The notes: generated by a model not told the origin, from the sequence alone. Shown: positions 9,127 to 18,232, numbered from the stretch's first letter. The stretch: 42,689 nucleotides of DNA from an uncultured Porphyromonadaceae bacterium (GCA_964465145.1 CAYXJR010000034.1:1-42689); one strand, 5' to 3'. A program made the numbers and translations.

Positions 9127-10430
9127 AGCGTAAAGTATGGCTTATTGGTTTTCCATTTGCCCCTTGTAAAATCTGGTACTTCAATCGACTTGCTTCCCTT
9201 GGCAATTGAGCTCTCCGATAATGGGCCAATGGACGACATCAGCACACCGTCATACAAACTCAGCGGCAGTTTGGTTTTATCCTTTACGGCCTTAACAATC
9301 TGATTGAGCATTATGCCATCTGCCCCGCCGTGACCGCCAAAAATATCCTTTGCAAACCTGTTCTCATATTTTTCCTGGTATGGAGGGAATGGCTCCCAGC
9401 TGTGATATTGAGGGCTGATACCTGTCAGGTACACCGATTCCCTCTGTTCGTTGTAAATCCCTTTTGTCCCCTGAACAGTCCAGCGGTTATCGTAGGGACG
9501 GGGCGATTGCATATCAAAATTGATAACAATTGTTTTGCCCATCTTGGTCCGAACAACAGTGGTAACTATATCACCCTGCTTAAATGTCCGGTCGCCGTTC
9601 GGATGGCCCGGGAACCTCCTCTTGAAATATTCATTAATACTGAAACAGTCGGTGGCCGTTGAGGTCAGGGTGTCATAAGCATCCCCGCAGTTGATATCCA
9701 GCCAGCTGATTACCGGCCCCTGCTGGTGGGTAGGGTACTGGTTCCTGTTGTGCTCCAAAAGAAAGCGGGCCCCCCAGCGGTCGTTTCCTGTTGCACTATC
9801 AAAATACCAATGGTCAATACAGTCGTGTGAATAAGCACAGTGCGCATGTGTCATATTTCCCAGCAGGCCCTGTCTGATCATATTGAGAACTGCCAGGTTA
9901 TCAGGCCTGAAGCTCCAGTTTTCCATCATCATGCACTCCACTCCTGTTTCTTCATGGGTCTTTATCAGTTCCCAGCATTCATCGAGAGTATATGCGATCG
10001 GCACCTCACAGCAGGTGTACTTCCCTGCCTTCATCCCTGCCACTGCCATTGGAGTGTGCAGGTCCCATGGTGTGGCAATAATGACTGCATCAAGGTCATC
10101 TCTCTGGACAAGCTTCAGATAGTCTGTTTCCCCTGGGTAGCCTTCAGGTTTGGGCTGTCCCTTGTCCATAACGATCTTTTGGGCTGCTTCAAGAGCTGCC
10201 GGGTCGATGTCGCATACAGCGGGGATTTCCACTCCTTCTATTGATAAAATGTTGGCCATCAGACCGCGTCCACGGCCTCCTGTTCCAATAAATCCGATCC
10301 TGACTTTCTTAACAGATTGCCGGGTTGCTGCCTTGGCCACAAAGGGAAAGGTGCCTGCGAGGGTTACTCCGGCCAGGACTGCTGAATTGGTTTTTATAAA
10401 ACTTCGGCGATCAATCACTTTCTTTTTCAT
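9123..10430 (-). CDS. Gfo/Idh/MocA-family NAD-dependent oxidoreductase with Tat signal (GH109-like)
   Basis: 435 aa with an N-terminal RRSFIK twin-arginine signal and a Rossmann GFIGTGGRG motif. The length and architecture match Bacteroidota GH109 alpha-N-acetylgalactosaminidase-like enzymes. Confidence 0.7.
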   Translation of the reverse strand: MKKKVIDRRSFIKTNSAVLAGVTLAGTFPFVAKAATRQSVKKVRIGFIGTGGRGRGLMANILSIEGVEIPAVCDIDPAALEAAQKIVMDKGQPKPEGYPGETDYLKLVQRDDLDAVIIATPWDLHTPMAVAGMKAGKYTCCEVPIAYTLDECWELIKTHEETGVECMMMENWSFRPDNLAVLNMIRQGLLGNMTHAHCAYSHDCIDHWYFDSATGNDRWGARFLLEHNRNQYPTHQQGPVISWLDINCGDAYDTLTSTATDCFSINEYFKRRFPGHPNGDRTFKQGDIVTTVVRTKMGKTIVINFDMQSPRPYDNRWTVQGTKGIYNEQRESVYLTGISPQYHSWEPFPPYQEKYENRFAKDIFGGHGGADGIMLNQIVKAVKDKTKLPLSLYDGVLMSSIGPLSESSIAKGSKSIEVPDFTRGKWKTNKPYFTL

Positions 10431-10449
10431 TGTTTTAGAATATTAAGTT

Positions 10450-11550
10450 TTATTGGTTTTTTAAGGCTTTTCCTAACTTTTTCCACTGTTTCTTCGACAT
10501 GGAATTGGCGTTAAAGAGGCATATCCCCTTAGCTCCAGCTTCATTAGAGTATCTTACCAAATCTTGCATTTCTTCAGCTTTGATCCAGCCGGTAAACACT
10601 CCACTGTATAAAGGAATATTGTCGGGCAAGGCATCAACTCCTTCTTTTGCTGCTGTCTTCACCCAGCTAAGCTCCTCATAATAATATTCATGATAGATCA
10701 TTGGCATAACTGCATCAATTTTCCAATTGGCCCAGTCCTGCCGTACCAGTTTTTTCGACAGCTCCGGTGTGGGGAAAACGGCTGCAGTCAACATTTTTCC
10801 TTCCTGGTAGACCACATCATAGATATCATTGACCAATGTGGTAATTGAATTATATCTGAATTCCACCCAGTCTTTGTTATTGGGCGGATCATCCAGGTCC
10901 ATAGGATCAATACCATGTTCTTCTTTAAACTTTTTACGGCAATGCTCGCAGTAACAGAAATCAAACTCAGGATATTCTTTATCCTGAACCAGATTGTATT
11001 TGGGTTGTAAGCCGACTGGAAGAATGACATCCGGGAAACGGATATAATCCAGGTGCACTCCATCCAGGTAATCCAGGCTGGCAAGTGAACGCATCTGGTC
11101 AATCATGTAAGCACGGGCCCCGGGATTATTTGGGCACAGCCATTTGTAGGATGGTATGTATGGTGGTTTATCCAGGCAGGAAATACCTTCGCGGCTTACC
11201 TGGAACCATTCGGGATGTTCTTTTTGCAGGTCCCTGCCTCCATGAGGATTGGTGGTTGGGATCCAGACGTGCATGCTGAGGCCGGCTTCCTTGCCGATCC
11301 TGGCCACCCGGCTTAATTCCTCGGTTTCCCTCGGGTGCAGCAGCAATATCCCGTCAATCCCTGAATTTTTCATCATCTGGAATTTCTTATCCCATTGATG
11401 GTCGCTCATATCCCCCCGGACATACATCCAGGCCCAGTCGTAGCTTTGTTTCCCGGAATGAGAGGAATGATTATCTTGTGATTTGGTTTGCGGGGAAAAA
11501 ATCAGCAGAAAAACAGCTGTCAGCAGAAAGTAAAATCGTTTCATATTCAT
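10450..11550 (-). CDS. Secreted glycoside-hydrolase-like (GHL10/DUF187-like TIM barrel) protein
   Basis: 366 aa with a signal peptide (MNMKRFYFLLTAVFLLIFSPQTKSQ). The D...YIRFPD and W-rich segments resemble GH-like family 10 proteins. Assignment is by recollection only. Confidence 0.45.
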   Translation of the reverse strand: MNMKRFYFLLTAVFLLIFSPQTKSQDNHSSHSGKQSYDWAWMYVRGDMSDHQWDKKFQMMKNSGIDGILLLHPRETEELSRVARIGKEAGLSMHVWIPTTNPHGGRDLQKEHPEWFQVSREGISCLDKPPYIPSYKWLCPNNPGARAYMIDQMRSLASLDYLDGVHLDYIRFPDVILPVGLQPKYNLVQDKEYPEFDFCYCEHCRKKFKEEHGIDPMDLDDPPNNKDWVEFRYNSITTLVNDIYDVVYQEGKMLTAAVFPTPELSKKLVRQDWANWKIDAVMPMIYHEYYYEELSWVKTAAKEGVDALPDNIPLYSGVFTGWIKAEEMQDLVRYSNEAGAKGICLFNANSMSKKQWKKLGKALKNQ

Positions 11551-11586
11551 TTCATATTATAGCAGATTTTAAAAATAGTAAATTAA

Positions 11587-13347
11587 ATGATCTCTTTTTT
11601 CGACTGGACAGTCATTGCCTTGCTTTTGGTTTTTTCACTGGGATTAGGGCTTTATTTTTCTAAGCAATCCTCGGGCCAGGGGACTGTTGGTTATTTTGCA
11701 GCCGGGAGGAATCTTCCCTGGTGGGCCATTGGTTTATCGAATACGGCCACATATCAATCAGGGGCTGGAGGATTTGTAATGCTGATCCTCACCTTCGGAT
11801 TAGTGGGGAATTGGATATGGTGGGCCAGCTGGATTATCTGGATGCCACTGGTAGCTATTATCTGGGCTCCCATGTGGAGGCGAATGAAGATTAATACTAC
11901 GGCTGAGCTGATTACACTGCGGTATGGAGGGAAAAAGGCCCTGGTGGCCAGGAAATCCTATGCATTTATCAGCTGTTTTGGTTTTGCCGTATTATTGATT
12001 GGTTATATCACAGGGTTTTTTGTCAAGACCCTTGCTCCAATAATTCAGCTTTCAGAGATACAGGTCCTGGTTGTTCTCGGTGGCATTGCGGTTATTTATA
12101 CAATGTTTGGCGGACTCACAGGGGTGGTGTATGTTGATGTGATGCAATTCTTTTTCCTGATGGCAGGAAGTTTTCTGTTCCTGTTTTTTGCTATGGATCA
12201 GGCAGGCGGACTGCATTCGGTGGTTGAAAAAGTTACCGCCATCCGTCCGGATGCTATGAAAATAGTTCCACCCTCCGATTCGTTTGGCATCCCCTTGTTG
12301 CTCATTCTTCTGCTACAAGGCTTCTTTTTCGCAGGTTCACCAACGGCCGGAGAGGGATCGACGGCACAACGTTTTATGGCAGCAAAATCTGAGAGGGAGG
12401 CAATGAAAGGCCAACTTTTTAATACCTTCCTGGCACTCTCGCTCAGGACCATTCCATTGATAGGGATCGGGATTGTTTGTATGTCGCTTTTCCTGACCAG
12501 AGATATGGCAGGGGAAATGAGTCAGGTACCTGCAGGGATGACCGTCCTTGACGATCCCGTTCATGCCTGGGGCAGCCTGATCAATTGGACAAATTTACCA
12601 AACGGGCTAAGGGGCTTATTGATTGCTGTTGAAGTGGCAGCCTACCTGTCGACGCTTAGTACCCTGATCAACTGGGGCAGCAGCTTCGTGGTGAATGATC
12701 TTCTCCCTAAGAGAATGCTGAAAAGTGAAAAGCAGCAGATAACCGTCAGCCGCCTGAGCACATTGCTCCTGTTCATCGGGGCGGGTTTTGTGGCAGTACT
12801 GTTTGTTGAGAATATGGTCAGCTGGTTTGTGTTTATTAACTCTGCCATGGTGGTTTTCCTCCTTCCCCTTTCCTGGTTCCGGTTTTTCTGGTGGAGGTTT
12901 AACGTATGGGGGGAACTGGCAGCTATCATCCTGGGATTGCCTCTGTCCATTATCGTATGGTTTGTTCTGGACTATCAGGATAAATCGATGTGGCAGGGTC
13001 TTGCAATACTATTTGGCCTTAGCTTTTTAGTATTAATCCTCATTACCATACTGACAAAACCGGAAGATAAAAATCAACTTAAAATATTTTATGAACGATG
13101 CCGGCCGATAGGCTGGTGGGGCCCGGTTCGAGATAATTTAGGGACCAAGGAAGTCTCTCAAAACCGTAATTTGCTGATCAATTCAGCTATGGGGATTGGT
13201 ACAAGTCTTGGTTTAGTTTTTTTCACCAATGCCCTGTTTGCAGGCAGGCCTTTTATTTTAATTCTTGGTTTAATATTAACATTTGGATTAGGCTTCCTTC
13301 TGATTAGGAGATTGAGGCATAAATCCGTAAATTTCACTGATAAGTAA
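11587..13347 (+). CDS. Sodium:solute symporter (SSS) family transporter
   Basis: 586 aa, about 13-14 TM segments, SSS-like N-terminal region (GRNLPWWAIGLSNTATYQSGAG). Confidence 0.85.
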   Translation: MISFFDWTVIALLLVFSLGLGLYFSKQSSGQGTVGYFAAGRNLPWWAIGLSNTATYQSGAGGFVMLILTFGLVGNWIWWASWIIWMPLVAIIWAPMWRRMKINTTAELITLRYGGKKALVARKSYAFISCFGFAVLLIGYITGFFVKTLAPIIQLSEIQVLVVLGGIAVIYTMFGGLTGVVYVDVMQFFFLMAGSFLFLFFAMDQAGGLHSVVEKVTAIRPDAMKIVPPSDSFGIPLLLILLLQGFFFAGSPTAGEGSTAQRFMAAKSEREAMKGQLFNTFLALSLRTIPLIGIGIVCMSLFLTRDMAGEMSQVPAGMTVLDDPVHAWGSLINWTNLPNGLRGLLIAVEVAAYLSTLSTLINWGSSFVVNDLLPKRMLKSEKQQITVSRLSTLLLFIGAGFVAVLFVENMVSWFVFINSAMVVFLLPLSWFRFFWWRFNVWGELAAIILGLPLSIIVWFVLDYQDKSMWQGLAILFGLSFLVLILITILTKPEDKNQLKIFYERCRPIGWWGPVRDNLGTKEVSQNRNLLINSAMGIGTSLGLVFFTNALFAGRPFILILGLILTFGLGFLLIRRLRHKSVNFTDK

Positions 13348-13357
13348 AAACCCGACT

Positions 13358-14137
13358 ATGGCTAAAATATATTATGTTGGCGACTGGGCAGTATTAACCG
13401 GCCCGGTGTTTGCCGAAAGTCCATTTCAATATGCACATAAAGGGCTGGAGATATTTAATTATGGTGTATGGCTAAAGGATGCCCTGGAGTCGGATGGGAA
13501 ACATGAGGTCAAATCGGTGGCTTCATGGGACTTCTATAATCTTGGCCCGGGGGAATATGAAGCCATTTTGAATGATTATGATGTACTGATATTCAGCGAC
13601 TTTGAGAGTAAGCTTTTTCAGCTCTCCCCGGAGTTTTTCGACAGGAAGAAATTTGGCCAGGGCATCCTGACTTTCCCCGACCGTATCCGGCTTACTACTG
13701 AAGCGGTGCAAAATGGCCTGGGGCTGATGTTCCTGGGCGGATGGTATTCCTTCACCGGGGAGGCTGGGAAAGGAGGCTGGGGCAGAACCATGCTCAGGGA
13801 TATCCTGCCTGTGAAATGCCTCGACTATGAGGATCTGGTAGAAAGTACTGAAGGTTATTTTCCTCTGTTGACAGAACTTGGGAAAAGCACCTTTAAGAAC
13901 CTTATTTTGGATGATATTCCCCCAATTTTGGGATATAATGAAACCAGGGAGATTGAAGAAGGACAAGTTCTCCTTCGTGTGCAGGAAACAGGTGATCCCC
14001 TTGTGGCAGTAAGGCAGGTGGGAAAAGGGAAAGTGCTGGCCTATACCTCCGATCCAGCGCCCCACTGGGGCCTGAACTTTGTTTACTGGGAACATTATAA
14101 TGAGTTCTGGCTGAATTGCCTGGAGTTGGTGCTTTGA
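13358..14137 (+). CDS. Hypothetical protein, class-I glutamine-amidotransferase-like/ThuA-like fold (putative)
   Basis: 259 aa, start 11 nt after the symporter stop (operon). Weak resemblance to putative GATase1-like proteins. Low-certainty call. Confidence 0.4.
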   Translation: MAKIYYVGDWAVLTGPVFAESPFQYAHKGLEIFNYGVWLKDALESDGKHEVKSVASWDFYNLGPGEYEAILNDYDVLIFSDFESKLFQLSPEFFDRKKFGQGILTFPDRIRLTTEAVQNGLGLMFLGGWYSFTGEAGKGGWGRTMLRDILPVKCLDYEDLVESTEGYFPLLTELGKSTFKNLILDDIPPILGYNETREIEEGQVLLRVQETGDPLVAVRQVGKGKVLAYTSDPAPHWGLNFVYWEHYNEFWLNCLELVL

Positions 14138-14266
14138 GTTGCGGGTGACGGGTGACGGGTGACGGGTGACGGGTGACGGGTGACGGGTGACGGGTGACGG
14201 GTTGCAGGTGACGGGTGACGGGTGACAGGTGACGGGTGACGGGTGACGGGTGACAGGTGACGGGTT
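14138..14266. repeat. Tandem heptamer repeat (GGTGACG)n, about 18 copies with GGTGACA/GGTTGCA variants
   Basis: gttgcgggtgacgggtgacgggtgacgg... read directly. It starts at the first nucleotide after the upstream stop codon. Confidence 0.95.
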
Positions 14267-14291
14267 CTTATTAACTATTTACTGATTTCCA

Positions 14292-15554
14292 ATGCTTGTT
14301 GGCACATTCAAAATTGACATTACTCCCCTTCCGTGTGTTGAACTTTGCGGTTTTGCAAAAAGGCCGCAGCCATCAAACCATATTTTAGACCCATTGTATG
14401 TCAGGATTCTTTATTTGGATGCCGGGGGAGAAAAATTCCTGCTGATAAACCCCGACCTGATAGGTGTAGAGGGCAGTTTTGTACAGAGGATAAGATCAGA
14501 ATTAAATATTGATTTTGATATTCCTGAGGAGCACATTCAGATTTTTGCTACCCATACCCACAGCGGGCCGGGGACGGTTCACCTGAATTTTTGCGGTGAG
14601 TATGCCCCTGATTATATTGATTTCCTGCAGGATAAAATATTGGAAGGATGCCGGGCTGCCATGAAGGATCCTGAACCCTGCACGCCTGAGTTCCGGGAGG
14701 CTTCCCTAGAGCTGGGCCGGAACAGAAGGTATGTTAGTGATGATCCTTTAGATAATCCCTTAAGGATACTCTCCTGGAGAAAGCATGGAGGAGAGCTCAA
14801 ATCTGTTCTTCTGAATTATGCCATGCATCCTGTATGCCTGAAGGGTACAGGTATAAGCGCCGATTATCCCGGATGGGTAAGCAAGGCCCTGGGTGAGGAA
14901 CTGCCCGGCCAGCCACTGGTGTTATTCGGATTAGGTGCAGCCGGGGATATTGATCCACCTGGAGTGGGTGTTAGCTATGAACAAATGCAGGACTGGGGCA
15001 GCCGGATAGCCGGAACTGCAATGGATTGCTTGTTGAATGGCAGCAATGAAATTACCCTGCCGGATGGACCACTTATTAGGCTTGAGTCGGCAACGGTTGA
15101 AATTCCTCTCAGGTCTTTAGATATTGATGAGATAGACCGGTATGCCGAAAAATATCTGTCCGACAGTAAATGGAATGATGAGTTCGGGCCGGTTTTTCCC
15201 CAGGCTGTGGAAAAGTGGAGAGAGGACATGAAAAGGAAGGTGCAAAATGGCCCGGCAAGCACCAAAGCTATTGAACTGAACTGTCTGATGATTGGGCAAC
15301 TAGCAATCCTGTTTGTTAATGCCGAACTGTTTTCAGAATTTGAGAACCTTGTCCGCTCAAAAATCCATACTCCAATTATGGTGATCTCTTGCACTAACGG
15401 GCTCGAAGGTTATCTGCCCGACAGGAAAGAGTATGCCCATGGCGGTTATGAGGTTGAGACAGCTATTTTTTTCTACAACTCATTTTTGCCAGAGGCGGGA
15501 TCGCTGGAAATGTTAGCGGGGAAGTCAGTAAGGCTGATAAATAGATTTTTATAG
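14292..15554 (+). CDS. Neutral/alkaline ceramidase N-terminal-domain-like hydrolase (putative)
   Basis: 420 aa. The FATHTHSGPG motif resembles the neutral ceramidase active-site region. Assignment is from memory of the family. Confidence 0.5.
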   Translation: MLVGTFKIDITPLPCVELCGFAKRPQPSNHILDPLYVRILYLDAGGEKFLLINPDLIGVEGSFVQRIRSELNIDFDIPEEHIQIFATHTHSGPGTVHLNFCGEYAPDYIDFLQDKILEGCRAAMKDPEPCTPEFREASLELGRNRRYVSDDPLDNPLRILSWRKHGGELKSVLLNYAMHPVCLKGTGISADYPGWVSKALGEELPGQPLVLFGLGAAGDIDPPGVGVSYEQMQDWGSRIAGTAMDCLLNGSNEITLPDGPLIRLESATVEIPLRSLDIDEIDRYAEKYLSDSKWNDEFGPVFPQAVEKWREDMKRKVQNGPASTKAIELNCLMIGQLAILFVNAELFSEFENLVRSKIHTPIMVISCTNGLEGYLPDRKEYAHGGYEVETAIFFYNSFLPEAGSLEMLAGKSVRLINRFL

Positions 15555-15582
15555 GAGGCGAAGCACTTTCATTTAATTCCTC

Positions 15583-15777
15583 TCACCACCCGCCACCACC
15601 TGGTACCTTTGGTGCTGTTGAGTCAGCCTGAGCTTCTTTTGGACTGAAGAAAAAGAGCATGGATGCGGCTGTAAAGGCAGCATATTTGCCAGCCTTTTTC
15701 AGAGCCTCCTTTCTGGAAATTATCTCTGCTTCAGTTTTTTTCTCTGTGGTGGCTTTTTTATTCTTCTTGTCAGTCAT
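15583..15777 (-). CDS. Small 64-aa peptide with a charged N-terminus, hydrophobic core and C-terminal GGGGW; candidate substrate/precursor of the adjacent kinase–nucleotidyltransferase system
   Basis: MTDKKNKKATTEKKTEAEIISRKEALKKAGKYAAFTAASMLFFFSPKEAQADSTAPKVPGGGGW. A frame-conserved decayed paralog lies directly upstream of the kinase gene at 20556..20640, which supports that this is real coding sequence. Confidence 0.5.
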   Translation of the reverse strand: MTDKKNKKATTEKKTEAEIISRKEALKKAGKYAAFTAASMLFFFSPKEAQADSTAPKVPGGGGW

Positions 15778-15820
15778 TGCTATTCAATTCTCAATGGATG
15801 AAAATAAATTAATTTTGTTT

Positions 15821-17941
15821 TTACCAGGAAATTTTTTCATTTATCAATTCATTTCCATTCTGTATTTGCAGGAGGTAGATTCCCCTGTTCAACTGGGGTA
15901 AGTACAGAAGATTATCAAACTTATCCTTTAGAATCTTTTCTGCTCTTAATCGTCCTGAAAGATCATACACGCGCACTTTGGAACCATTATCCATTTTTCC
16001 AATAATTTTCACATAGCCTTCGGGCTGGTTAACTATGAACTTCAAATTATCTGCTGATATTTCAGCTTCTTCAATACTGAGTGTTTTCGCACTTGTATGT
16101 AAAAAGAATGTGCCAGCTTTGGTATTTTCATTATCGAGAAGCACAGAGTACGATGATCCTTCAACATCAAGCCTTGTATAAACTCCTGCATTCCTGTCCT
16201 CCAGGTAGCAGAATGCATTTTCCGGCAAATTATCTACTGCGGCTCTGAATGTAACAATAATACCTGCCGGAGCATCCAGTCCAATTGGTATTACAAGCTC
16301 ATCATAGTCTTCAGGAAGACTTTGAATGGCAAAATCCACACCATTATCTTCAACTAATTTTGAATAGAGAGAAAAATCCGGGTTACTTTTAAACATCCCG
16401 GCATCATAAGAAACATCCAGCCCACGTGTCATAGATTGATCAAAAGCTATTAGAGTATTGCTTTTGATATCCTGGCTTTCTGCGATGAGCTGAATGCTGG
16501 GCCATGGGGTATTGGAGGATTTAAAGTCAGTACCAGTTTGATGCTCCTGCATGGCTTCCGTGATACTAAAGGTAAATGTCCAAGGGTCTGCATTTTTTGC
16601 TCTTACAAAAAATCCCTGTCCTGCCTGAATATAGTTTTGGGCTAAAGATCCAGTTGGATTAGAAGCACCAGAATTATTTATTGTCTGGTATGTTGAAGAA
16701 GAAGCTTCCCACAAATACAAGGCAGCATAACTGACATCAAGTATTGCTACATTGGTGCTGTTTAATAAGTAATCTGTAGCACCACCAGAGGTAGCACGAA
16801 TGGCGCTCGGATATGGATTTCCCAGCAAATTCCAGCCCTGACCAGTGGAAACAGTGCGGGTAATAGTCATATTAGCTGGTGGTACATCAGTAGTTAGTAC
16901 CGTTCCTGTGAAAGAAACAATTCCATCTCCTGTACGCAGGGTAGAATAACCAATGCCATTTGTGAAGGGTATACCAGGATCAGCCGAAGGATAGGTATTC
17001 CAGTCATCAGCAGATTCACTGTAGGTTGTTATTGCTTTTAGAGAACCATTAGAAGCAATGCTATTTCCTGTAACGTATGACCAAATATCCTGACCAACAA
17101 CTGGGGCAGACACAAGATGCCACGGTACCACTGCACCAACCTTGCCTGTCATCCAGCGCTCATAAGTAATATTTCCGGTTGAGGTTCCTCCGACGATAAG
17201 AGATCCGGAAGAGGTATTATCGGATTGGACCAACAGGGTGGTAGTTATAAGATTACTACTGAAAGTTACTCCGGTTGTGGATCCAATTGTAATGTTCGCG
17301 GCTGTTTGAGCTTGACTAACCGTTTTGATCCCTGTTCCGGAGAAAACTAGATTATTAACAGTTGCAGGCAATCCGTTTGCTATTTGGTCAGCACCATTAA
17401 ATTCGTAATTGCCAGCTGTACTAAGAGTTACATTTTGATGCAGTGCTGGTGCTTGTATTGAACCGGTGCTTGTTGCATGATATATCCCATATTGATTCAT
17501 AGTGATCAAATTGCCATTCATGGCAAAAGTTGTTTGATTCCCATTAGTAACGTTTGCAGCGTAGGTAAGCTGAGTAGTACTAGTTGAATTAAACTGTATA
17601 GTTGCTCCAGAACCAATAGTTAATGTATTACCCCTTACAATGTTAATCACACCGTTTAAAGTAATAGAATGAGTATCGTTAGAGGTAAAATTTTGGTTCA
17701 ATTGGACAGTATGTCCTGTTGCAATTATAACATCATCAGTCCCGGTTGGAACAACATTACCAACCCAGGTGCCAGTGGCACTCCAGTTACCACTTGTAAG
17801 AGATGTTATTTGCCCCCAGCCTTTTTGTCCAACCAGAATGGCAAATAAGACGAAAAGAAATACAGTTTTAAAATAACCAGACTTGAGGAGTCCAAAAAGC
17901 TTACTTTCTGGCTGTTCTTGAGCTATGTTAATATTTACCAT
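15821..17941 (-). CDS. T9SS C-terminal-sorting-domain secreted protein, Thr/Asn/Gly-rich adhesin-like
   Basis: 706 aa with an N-terminal signal/anchor and long low-complexity T/S/N/G beta-rich regions. The C-terminal ~70 aa (FIVNQPEGYVKI...VRVYDLSGRL...GIYLLQI) match the Por/T9SS CTD pattern. Confidence 0.7.
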   Translation of the reverse strand: MVNINIAQEQPESKLFGLLKSGYFKTVFLFVLFAILVGQKGWGQITSLTSGNWSATGTWVGNVVPTGTDDVIIATGHTVQLNQNFTSNDTHSITLNGVINIVRGNTLTIGSGATIQFNSTSTTQLTYAANVTNGNQTTFAMNGNLITMNQYGIYHATSTGSIQAPALHQNVTLSTAGNYEFNGADQIANGLPATVNNLVFSGTGIKTVSQAQTAANITIGSTTGVTFSSNLITTTLLVQSDNTSSGSLIVGGTSTGNITYERWMTGKVGAVVPWHLVSAPVVGQDIWSYVTGNSIASNGSLKAITTYSESADDWNTYPSADPGIPFTNGIGYSTLRTGDGIVSFTGTVLTTDVPPANMTITRTVSTGQGWNLLGNPYPSAIRATSGGATDYLLNSTNVAILDVSYAALYLWEASSSTYQTINNSGASNPTGSLAQNYIQAGQGFFVRAKNADPWTFTFSITEAMQEHQTGTDFKSSNTPWPSIQLIAESQDIKSNTLIAFDQSMTRGLDVSYDAGMFKSNPDFSLYSKLVEDNGVDFAIQSLPEDYDELVIPIGLDAPAGIIVTFRAAVDNLPENAFCYLEDRNAGVYTRLDVEGSSYSVLLDNENTKAGTFFLHTSAKTLSIEEAEISADNLKFIVNQPEGYVKIIGKMDNGSKVRVYDLSGRLRAEKILKDKFDNLLYLPQLNRGIYLLQIQNGNELINEKISW

Positions 17942-17944
17942 GCT

Positions 17945-18178
17945 CTAAGGTTTTAATAGGTTAAAAATCGGTCTATCTAATTTACTAATAACTGCTAAAA
18001 TAACAAGACACCTTTGGGAAATAGAAGGTAAGGATAAAACATTTTGCCAGGTGTTATTCTCTGTTGTTGCCACAGGAATACCTTGATCAGCAGCAACAGC
18101 CTGTAAAGTTTGGGCGTATGAATAATTCGCTGAAAATAATAATAATAGAACCAAACACCCATACAATGATGAGTGCAA
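17945..18178 (-). CDS. Hypothetical small secreted protein (TTG start, no ATG)
   Basis: 77 aa with signal-peptide-like LYGCLVLLLLFSANYSYAQ. The start is TTG only. The ORF is in-frame with the downstream 706-aa gene across a TAG. Confidence 0.3.
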   Translation of the reverse strand: MHSSLYGCLVLLLLFSANYSYAQTLQAVAADQGIPVATTENNTWQNVLSLPSISQRCLVILAVISKLDRPIFNLLKP

Positions 18179-18232
18179 AAATTGCTTTGTTTTAATAACC
18201 TTGCGTAGTATTTAAAACGTTTTTACTCAATG

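Noticed and set aside
15659-15901. 80-aa + strand hydrophobic ORF.
   Set aside because: It is antisense to the 64-aa peptide gene and the 3' end of the T9SS gene, and there is no independent support.
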